Shown: positions 56,001-64,000 of the stretch, piece after piece | How the letters are laid out: every line of letters starts with the position of its first letter | Position numbering within the stretch: the first letter of the stretch is position 1 | Notes under the pieces: model-generated | Databases searched by the model: none | The model's input: the letters and a program-made list of their open reading frames with translations, nothing else | Told to the model about the DNA's origin: nothing | DNA from: Octopus vulgaris | Taxonomy: Eukaryota | Assembly: GCA_951406725.2 (NCBI GenBank) | Contig: OX597830.1 | Location: forward strand, 18,910,001-18,974,000 | DNA length: 64,000 nucleotides | Direction: 5' to 3' | Made by a program: the position numbers and the translations under genes

Positions 56001-59000
56001 ATCAGATCGACGGGATGAAGGCAAAGGACCTCAGCCGATTTATCATAATTATATGTTGATTATTTTTCTTTCCATACTGGCATGGGTTGGACAGATCTCA
56101 CAGCTCACCACTTTACTGCCTTGTAATAATAACTCAAAATAACAACAACAGAACTGCAATCAGTGTTTCAGACTTACCTTACAAGCACAGAAGGAGTTCA
56201 CCAAGTTATCCAGACGTGGAGAAACCACAGAAAAGTGAACCATAAAAAGGAAAGTATGCATAGATAAGTAAGTAATAATCTTAGTGAATTTCAGGAAGTA
56301 TGGAATTTAAGAATACAATGTCCTGACAACAACAGACACAGGTAATTTATTCCATGCTTTATTCCATTCTGGGCATGATGGAATGGTTCCAAAAGTCATA
56401 AATGCTGCACTGTTTTCTGTTTTTTTATTAAATTTTATAAGTAAGCATCGCCTTACTGGCACCTGTGCCGGTGGCATGTGTAAAAACAACATTCGAGCAA
56501 GGGCATTGCCAGTGCCGCTGGATTGGCTCCTGTACAGGTGACACGTAAAAACACCTGCTACACTCTTGGAGTGGTTGGCGTTAGGAAGGGCATCCAGCTG
56601 TAGAAACTCTGCCAGATCAAGATTGAAGCCTGGTGCAGCCATCTGGTTTGCCAGCCCTAGTCATTTGTCCAACCCATGCTAGCATGGGAAGCGGACGTTA
56701 AACGAAGACGATGATGATGTTTATGAGTGGTACATTTAATCTGTGGTCTTTATAACACAATACCTGGTGGAGAAAAACGAAGGGACTGGCATGACAGGAA
56801 TGCTTTTGATTTGTTTAGTCAAAGGTAACTGAGAGTGAAACAATTATACGATAAGATGGCAACTATTGTTTAGTTAAGTAAACTGAGATGATATCCATTA
56901 AGTGATCCTGCTGCGAGACACAATGAAATGCAGTGAGATGTGAAACAATGAATCAGGAATTGCTCCTTCAATATCTCAGCCATTTGGCCATCTAAGCTTA
57001 TTGATAATGGTAACTAGGGAAATATAGGAAGAAAAACAGCAGAAACTACTGTTAAGGAACTTACTGCTGGCTGAGTGTCTGCAAGACAAAGTTCAAAGTC
57101 CATAATCTGGTTTGCCTCAACTTGCAGTTCTTGAGAAAGTAGCTTCATAAGTACAGAATGGTGCTTCTCAGACTGGAAATAAGAATGGAGAATCAGTAAA
57201 TGAAGATTAAATTTTTGAAAAGGTGTCAACGTGCAAGAAATGGAAAGTTCTAGATTAAATGCCTTAGAAGTGCGCAGCACTATGCTTCAATATCCTGATT
57301 AAAAATATTTTTTTTTGAATCAAGAATCAACTCTTCACAAGTTTTCCCTTTAAAAGTCAGTAAAAGCACCTGTTACATATTGAACTTACTAAAACCTCTC
57401 CCTGCAGATTTGTAGATATGAACTGAAGTAAGAAATCAGTTACTAAGTTATCCAATTAAAGCACAAGAGATAAGACAAATAGTTAAAAAAAAATTGTTAA
57501 TCCAATCAGAAGTCACACCAATCCATGATGCCAATGTCAAACACTGGTGTCTCTAGCAGTAAGCAGAGGAAAGATTAAATCTTCATTCTGGATAAGACTT
57601 TAGGCTATCACATTCAAATTTTCTAAAATTACTTTGTTTCTCCAAAATTCCTTCACATGAAGAAATCTTGGTTTATCTATGTCACCAGATTAGCTTGATT
57701 TTTAAGACAACAGAGTGGCAGAGTTGGATAGAATGCTTTGCCTTATCCACTTAAAGCTCAAATCTTGCCGAGGTCAACTTTGCCTTCCATCCTTTTGGGG
57801 AAGTCAATAAAATAGTACCAATCCAGGGTGGTAGATTGGTAGAATTATTAAAGGGTCAAGGAAGATGCTCTGTAGTGTCAAGTCCGACTCTGTGTTATGA
57901 CAGCCAAGCCTACAACACTGGTACCGAGCTGTATCACCCATGATATGTTATCAAAGACAAGTAAAGATTTTCTTTGGTGCATGTACACACACACAAGCCT
58001 GAATGAATACCCAAAGTAACAACTCTGGAGTAGTAACAGAATCAATTACAGTTTCAAACAAATTTACTCATTTACTTGTTTCAGTCATTTGACTGTGGCC
58101 ATGCTGGAGCACCACCTTTAGTCGAGCAAATCGACCCCAGGACTTATTCTTTGTAAGCCTAGTACTTATTCTATCGGTCTTTTTTGCCGAACCGCAAAGT
58201 TACGGGGACGTAAACACAGACACACAAACATATACATACACATACAAATATATACATATATACGACAGGCTTCTTTCAGTTTCCGTCTACCAAATCCACT
58301 CACAAGGCTTTGGTCGGCAGTGGTAGAACTATATGAAGAAAATAATCCAGTGAGAAATCCTAAGTTTACCCTTACCTTTGATGACTTGGTTGAGTTTTCT
58401 TCATTTAAATGAGCTTGAACCTTGGTGGCTAGGATTGGATTCCTATGCGGAAAAAAGGTTAAAAAAAAAACATATCTTAAGTGGCTTCTAATAGTAAAGT
58501 ATTTATATTTAAAACATGGGAAAATACAATGTAGATATGGGTTAATACCATTATATTTTGTTATAGGTATTGTTGGAAGCTAGGAACCGTCCTTCATGTG
58601 TCACTTACCCTGGTACTGAAAAATAAAAGGTACTTGGATCACATCTCAATCATAAACTATGAAGGAAGCATGAGCCAACAGGAGTGGTCCCTCTGTGGTC
58701 AGTCAACCTGCTAGAAATAGCAGACAGTCTTAAACGAAAACATACAAATATCGTTAAAAAAAACCCCACCCCTAACTAAACCTAATCCTAAAACAGATTG
58801 AAATGCAATAGATCGATACTAGGGTCATAATTATGGGTGACAATTTCATATGACACCGCTAGAAAAAACTGCCATTCAAACCGAAAAGATCCAAAGGATC
58901 AACTAGTCACAACTAGCTAACACGGATGCGCGAGTACGCGCACCGGGACCACTCTTCTTAAGTAGTACCCCAAAAGAATACATGACACTATGTACAACTT

Positions 59001-61728
59001 TTACTTCACAGTCTGAGTCGTCAGAGTCAAAAAGAAACCAAAATGCTTTTCATTTAATAAAAATTACATTTTCCATAGAGTCAGATCAGGTCAGGGATCT
59101 CATCACAAGCTGATTTGACCTCCTACTGTTATCGTGTAAACCAGTACAGTCTCATGGTTGGGCGGTCGGCGACTAAACCAGCTACCCTACTCGAGTAACT
59201 TGCTATTCTTGTGATAAAGTATCTGTACACCCAGCAGAACTAAAAACAAGACCAGTCAATTTCTTTATCAACCATGAGGTTGAGAAAAAGAGGGGACGAT
59301 ACGAGGTCAGACAAAACAAACGTTGGGGTCAGGGTATCGAATGAGACGAAACATATGAATAAACAAACAATTAAAATATATACAATTAAACGAGAATGAG
59401 TGATTTACAAAAAAATGGAGCGGAGGACGCGGTCGACCCCACAAACCACATACTCACACTGAAGGGTAAAATTAACACCCGCACGATTTTCACTAAGAAG
59501 AAAAAAAAAAACCTGACCTCCTAATATGCTGCAAATCCCATATTTTGGTTCGGAATTGGTGCCCCCCCCCCCCGAATTTCCACACAAAAAAGAACTGATT
59601 TTTTGCGTGGCATCACGTACCCTGACCTCGTAATATGCTGTAAATCCCATATTTGGGTTCGGAAGGATGGGGGGGAGCTTGATTTTTTTTGTGTGAAAAT
59701 TCCGCCCCCCTCCCCCTCCGGACCAAAATATGGGATTTGCAGTATATTAGGAGGTCAGGGTACTTGATTCCACGCAAAAAATCCGAGTTTTTTTTTTTTT
59801 CTTAGTGAAAATCGTGCGGGTGTTAATCTGTAATTTTACCCAATGAAGACTTTGCTTTCTCCTTTTTATATTCTCGTTTAAACAGGTTCTTTCACTCGCA
59901 ACATATTTGCTATAGACTTCCATCTTTTACGAAACACACTTTGCGACAGGCATTTCTTCGCCAGCCTTATTTTCCGTTTCATGTGGAAAACGAAAAAGTC
60001 AGTTAGCTCGAGACTGAAGATGAACATGCCTGTTGCAATTCCTTTCACTCTCGTCTTCCATACAACAAAAACAAGACCAGTCTAAGGCAAGTCAAGTTCC
60101 TTGTTGGCCAACGGCTAACCAGTTGAGGAAGACAATGGTAAACCACCCCAATATCTGTGCCAAGAAAACACTAGGAGAAAGTCAGAAAGAAGCAACACAA
60201 TGATTTTATCTGGTGGGAGACAACTCGTGCTTAATCAAGAAAACTTGTTGTAGTGTCATAAACGTGCAAAAAAAGCATCCAATACGTGAGGACGATGACG
60301 ACATTTTACGATAGGTTTATAAGTTTCATGGTTGGATATGTTTTACAAATTTCCAATTATATGAAAATACACTTAAATACACATAAATAGGTAATGCAGT
60401 GAATTGCAAAACTTCGATTATTATTGATGCAATTATAATATACAAAAGCTAACGGTTGCTAACAAAAAAAAATCTTTAAAAAAAAAATATGCAAGGGAGA
60501 CAACTCCATGAGGATTGATTGAAAATTTTGGAGAAGATGGAACAAAGAAAAGATTAAAAAAATTTTAAAAACCTAAGAAACAGTTGTAGTACAAATATAA
60601 AACAAAAAGTCATGTTTCTTACAAATGATCCTCTTTGTTAAGAGTCAGTTTGTCATTAACGTCTCTCTGCAGATGGATAGCAAGATGAGGAATGCGAAGA
60701 ATTGGTTTCTTCACGTTCACCAGACGGTGTTCAAGTCCTTTGCCATTCTGTCAAAATACAAAAAGATGGTTAGAATTGTAAGTGTTAAGGTTAAAGCTTA
60801 AATTAGTGTTTAGATATTTAATAGAGTAAATTAAAAATAGTTATGTGATGAAGAAAAGACAACAAACACTATAATCCATTTTGGAAAGTATGGGAGACAA
60901 TACTAAACATGTTTCTGCATTATTAGACCTCCTCAAAATTAAATCATCTCCTCCCCAACTTCACCATACAAACATCTCAGAGCCACACTTACTATAACAA
61001 TAACATTGTAACCCTAACTTGAAAAATTCCATGAGGAATACATCAGTGAATTACTAAGACTGTTAGAGAGGAGGTGGGATTGTGGAAACAGAGATAGCAG
61101 CAATACAGAAGAGGAGGATGCTTCTATGCTTCACAAAATTTATGGTTTCTTCTTCCTTTTATGTTATAAGGCACAGCTGAAAGGTAAATGAAGGGAACAA
61201 GATCAAATTAGTGTAGTGCTTTTATCACCCTTAACAACCACAATAACAAGAATGTTATTGACAGTAGTTCTTGGGAAACTGATTTCTTTTAAACCTTACC
61301 CCTCTAACATTATTATATCTTTGGATTTTTGTTAATATTTATTTGTTTTAATGGGTTTTATATTTTTGATTTGAACATACATTCCAGAATTTACAAAAAA
61401 TATTTTCATAATGAAATAAAAAAAATTTTTTTAACTTTTTTTTCTTTTAAAACAGAAATTGATTAAGGTTGGAGGAATAATAGTTAGTTTTTTTTCTTTT
61501 ATTTTTTGTTTTTTATTTTGTTTACATCTGAAAACATTAGTCTTTTTGCTTTTTTGAAAATTTAAAATACTGTGGTCTCTATTTCATTGAGAACAAAAAT
61601 ATTACAAATGTATGCAGCTGTAAATTCATTAACTGTAATTAGTTTCTGATTTTTAAAAATTCAGTAATAAATTAAAAAAAATGGTTTTTGCAAATTCTGA
61701 ATCTCTGTTATTCATAAATTTCATTAAA

Positions 61729-61761
<33 letters not shown>

Positions 61762-63542
61762 AGCAAAGAGGGTAGATTAAAAAAAACCCTTTTTACTCTC
61801 TTGTACTCTTCTTTGAAAGTACTCACATCAACCATTACTCGACCAGCTACAGTAAGATCCCGATCAAGCCAAGATGCCCAAATACCACCACCATAGCATT
61901 GCACACCAACTGTCAAGTAGCCATGTCTTTCTTTCCTGGACACTGGTTTCACCTTAAATAGAAAAATAAACAAAGTAAATATGTTACCATAACAAACAGT
62001 AGCTTGTTCACATTTGTTATTAAAGGAATCTGTTAGCAAGAACACTTATCTGATCACCACTTTCTAACTTACCACAGCACCTTACAAATCTCCTTAAAAC
62101 TCACTCTATGTACATCAGTTTTATCATTAATATTCCATTTCATCATTAACATTATAAATATACTAGAAATGAGAGGAGTAGGAAGAAATAAAAGTATAAT
62201 CTAAGTAAAGAACAAATTTTATTAAACTAATAAAACACAGGAACTGTAAACGCTGCTAAATACTACACTTTGAGAAGCACCTGTTCATTTTATGTACAAC
62301 GGACACTTTCTTCTAATGAAAATTAATTAACACAAATTCTCTTGGCTAATTAACAACATATTTTCTTTTTTTGTAATTCTGGGTCCCAGTTGTTTAAGAG
62401 TTCCAGTTGAGTGTCAGCTGAGAGAAGTTTTACTGTAATTAAAGAATTCAAAGACGAGGAAAGATGTTTTACCTTGAGGCAAGGACTGTCAACGTGGGCG
62501 CCAACCAAGCTGAATCCATTCCCAGGTTTATACTGAGCTCCGACAGCAAAGGCAATAAGTGTGGATTCGTTTCTAGTCAGAAAGTACTAAAAATAAAAAA
62601 AAATTAAGTAAGCAAATAAATATCATATTACTGATTTATAGTTCAAGAGTTCAAATCCTGCAATAAGTAATCTGTGGAGTTTTACTTCTTTTAATAAACT
62701 TATTCATTCTTATACCCTAAAACCAAGGTGCCATGTAAAAAGCACTGGTGCTGGTACCATGTAAAAAGCACTGGTGCTGGTACCATGTAAAAAGCACTGG
62801 TGCTGGTACCATGTAAAAAGCACTGGTGCTGGTACCATGTAAAAAGCACTGGTGCTGGTACCATGTAAAAAGCACTGGTGCTGGTACCATGTAAAAAGCA
62901 CTGGTGCTGGTGCCATGTAAAAAGCACTGGTGCTGGTGCCATGTAAAAAGCACTGGTGCTGGTACCATGTAAAAAGCACTGGTGCTGGTACCATGTAAAA
63001 AGCACTGGTGCTGGTACCATGTAAAAAGCACTGGTGTTGGTACCATGTAAAAAGCACTGGTGTTGGTACCATGTAAAAAGCACTGGTGCTGGTACCATGT
63101 AAAAACCATCGGTACTGGTGCCATGTAAAAAGCACCGGTGCTGGTGCCATGCAAAAAGCACTGGTGCTGGTACCATGTAAAAAGCATTGGTACTGGTGCC
63201 ATGTAAAAAGCACCAGTTTTCTTTACATAATCATATGAATTCCTGTGCATAGAACACAAATTCACAAAAATATTCTGAAAATTCCAGAAAATAAAAGTAA
63301 TGAGGGATTATATGGGTGCTTTAACTAGGATTCCACCGGAAAAGCTTCCTTACATCAAAAACCCAACCCCTTATCCAGTTAGATATGTATGATTTGTTGA
63401 TGTAAGTTAGTGAATAAACTGAAAATGAATCAACATAAAACAGATCTCTATACTTTCTTAGAATTTTCCAGAGTCCAATGGTTACTCTCTTTTAACTCTT
63501 CAAAGCCAGCATCTTTCAACATGGTTTTCAATGCATCAGCAA
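43351..63542 (-). CDS. DNPEP: Aspartyl aminopeptidase (peptidase M18), 13 coding exons in window, 5' end outside window
   Basis: Manually spliced exons 63542-63454, 62586-62473, 61952-61827, 60747-60623, 58442-58376, 57172-57065, 55055-54978, 53729-53649, 52611-52457, 49908-49869, 48279-48178, 46632-46465 and 43398-43351 all have AG/GT boundaries and consistent phase (1301 nt). The translation contains the M18 motifs [60 protein letters not shown] and QLSMHSIRE. Confidence 0.96.
44185..44775. repeat. Compound minisatellite (28-bp catgagagagtgaatgtgtgtgtgcgtg, then about 22-bp gtgagtgaaggag.gtgaa units)
   Basis: Direct tandem periodicity; related block at 46075-46395. Confidence 0.85.
46465..46632 (-). 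CDS. DNPEP: DNPEP exon with metal-ligand His (MHSIRE)
   Basis: ttcaag|[56 protein letters not shown]|gtaaga. Confidence 0.95.
48178..48279 (-). CDS. DNPEP: DNPEP exon
   Basis: tttcag|[34 protein letters not shown]|gtaaga. Confidence 0.95.
49869..49908 (-). CDS. DNPEP: DNPEP short exon (40 nt)
   Basis: ttttag|T+[13 protein letters not shown]|gtaaag; corresponds to the DKHEENH..FHK segment of vertebrate DNPEP. Confidence 0.92.
52457..52611 (-). CDS. DNPEP: DNPEP exon
   Basis: tcatag|[51 protein letters not shown]+GG|gtaaaa. Confidence 0.95.
52840..53240 (+). mobile_element. tRNA-derived SINE family B (CORE-like ccttgggcaagt; internal (TA/TG)n); representative copy
   Basis: Head gtggct.tgtggtaag...ggttcagtccc. 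Further copies at about 9864-10300(+), 17690-17840(-), 18285-18760(-), 19395-19560(-), 34050-34440(-), 35997-36390(+), 43492-43900(+), 52028-52430(+) and 58070-58318(-). Confidence 0.85.
53649..53729 (-). CDS. DNPEP: DNPEP exon with catalytic DNEE
   Basis: ttgtag|[27 protein letters not shown]|gtaagt. Confidence 0.95.
53866..54230 (-). mobile_element. Non-autonomous Helitron-like element (DNPEP intron)
   Basis: 5' A|TCCCTATATATGTAAACGGCA resembles the 4399 element head; terminal palindrome ctatgacccgg..ccgggtcatag and CTAG|T end. Confidence 0.7.
54978..55055 (-). CDS. DNPEP: DNPEP exon with metal-ligand Asp (RLDN)
   Basis: ttctag|[26 protein letters not shown]|gtaagt. Confidence 0.95.
57065..57172 (-). 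CDS. DNPEP: DNPEP exon
   Basis: ttccag|[36 protein letters not shown]|gtaagt. Confidence 0.95.
58376..58442 (-). CDS. DNPEP: DNPEP exon
   Basis: catag|G+[22 protein letters not shown]|gtaagg; phase matches neighbouring exons. Confidence 0.9.
58913..59830 (-). mobile_element. Helitron/Helentron-like non-autonomous element with internal foldback
   Basis: CTAG followed by hairpin tgcgcg-agta-cgcgca at the left end; nested inverted repeats at 59470-59827. Boundaries uncertain. Confidence 0.45.
60623..60747 (-). CDS. DNPEP: DNPEP exon
   Basis: gacag|[41 protein letters not shown]+TT|gtaaga. Confidence 0.95.
61827..61952 (-). CDS. DNPEP: DNPEP exon
   Basis: ttaag|[42 protein letters not shown]|gtgagt. 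Confidence 0.95.
62473..62586 (-). CDS. DNPEP: DNPEP exon with metal-ligand His
   Basis: tttag|[38 protein letters not shown]|gtaaaa. Confidence 0.95.
62727..63217. repeat. 26-bp minisatellite (about 19 copies) in DNPEP intron
   Basis: Unit catgtaaaaagcactggtgctggtac repeated head-to-tail with no spacers. Confidence 0.95.
63454..63542 (-). CDS. DNPEP: DNPEP exon (first in window)
   Basis: ttccag|TT-GCT...AAG-AAA|gtatag; [29 protein letters not shown]. Confidence 0.9.
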
Positions 63543-63619
63543 CTGGAAATGAAATAGCACAGGATATACAAATATATACATTATATAGGAATATACACAT
63601 ATGGAATTTGTAGTTTTGT

Positions 63620-63941
63620 GGTACCAGTGCTGGTGACACATAAGAATACCATCCGAACGTGGCCGTAGCCAGTACCGCATCGACTGGCCTCCGTGCTGGT
63701 GGCACGTAACAAACACCATCCGATCGTGGCCGTGCCAGCCTTGTCTGGCACCTGTGTCGGTGGCACATAAAAAGCACCCACTACACACACGGAGTGGTTG
63801 GCGTTAGGAAGGGCATCCTGCTGTAGAAACACTGCCAGATCAGACTGGCCTGGTGCAGCCTTCGGGCTTCCCAGACCCCAGTTGAACCGTCCAACCCATG
63901 CCAGCATGGAAAGCGGACGTTAAACGATGATGATGATGATG
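63620..63941 (+). mobile_element. Repeat family C with RTE-type 3' tail ending in (GAT)n; representative copy
   Basis: ggcac(a/g)taaaaagcacc...ggttggcgttaggaagggcatcc...ccaacccatgccagcatggaaagcggacgttaaacgatgatg. Copies at 29120-29500, 32395-32727(-), 35697-35895, 39465-39825(-), 55300-55652 and 56447-56720. Confidence 0.8.
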
Positions 63942-64000
63942 TATGTCATTAGGTTTAACTAATATTGTCAAGACAATCATCATCACCATCATCATTTTAA

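Noticed and set aside
56178-56224. Mutually exclusive alternative DNPEP exon
   Set aside because: Only the 3' 47 of 78 nt are present and there is no adjacent AG acceptor; kept only as a duplication/artefact finding
62727-63217. CRISPR-like array of palindromic 26-bp repeats and three overlapping long ORFs
   Set aside because: No unique spacers, no cas genes, and it lies in a eukaryotic intron; the ORFs are translations of a stop-free tandem unit

Overview
AT-rich, microsatellite- and SINE-dense eukaryotic DNA. The repeat families and composition are typical of a cephalopod (Octopus-like) genome; this assignment is inference. The only host gene I can support is aspartyl aminopeptidase (DNPEP, peptidase family M18) on the minus strand. 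It has 13 GT-AG exons between 63542 and the stop at 43351, in frame throughout (about 432 codons plus a partial one), with the N-terminal exon(s) beyond the right edge. The rest is mostly transposon-derived: two Penelope-like retroelements (PLEs) tail-to-tail at 24.2-27.6 kb (one with an uninterrupted RT + GIY-YIG frame), remnants of piggyBac, DD37D/DD34D mariner-type, RTE and CR1 elements, non-autonomous Helitron/Helentron-like elements, several tRNA-derived SINE families and minisatellites. The most striking unannotated signal is about a dozen minimal hammerhead-ribozyme-like motifs from roughly eight unrelated repeat families, many in inverted pairs as expected of PLE pseudo-LTRs. There is also a mosaic partial duplication of a DNPEP exon. 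Nearly all ORFs in the supplied track are microsatellite artefacts.
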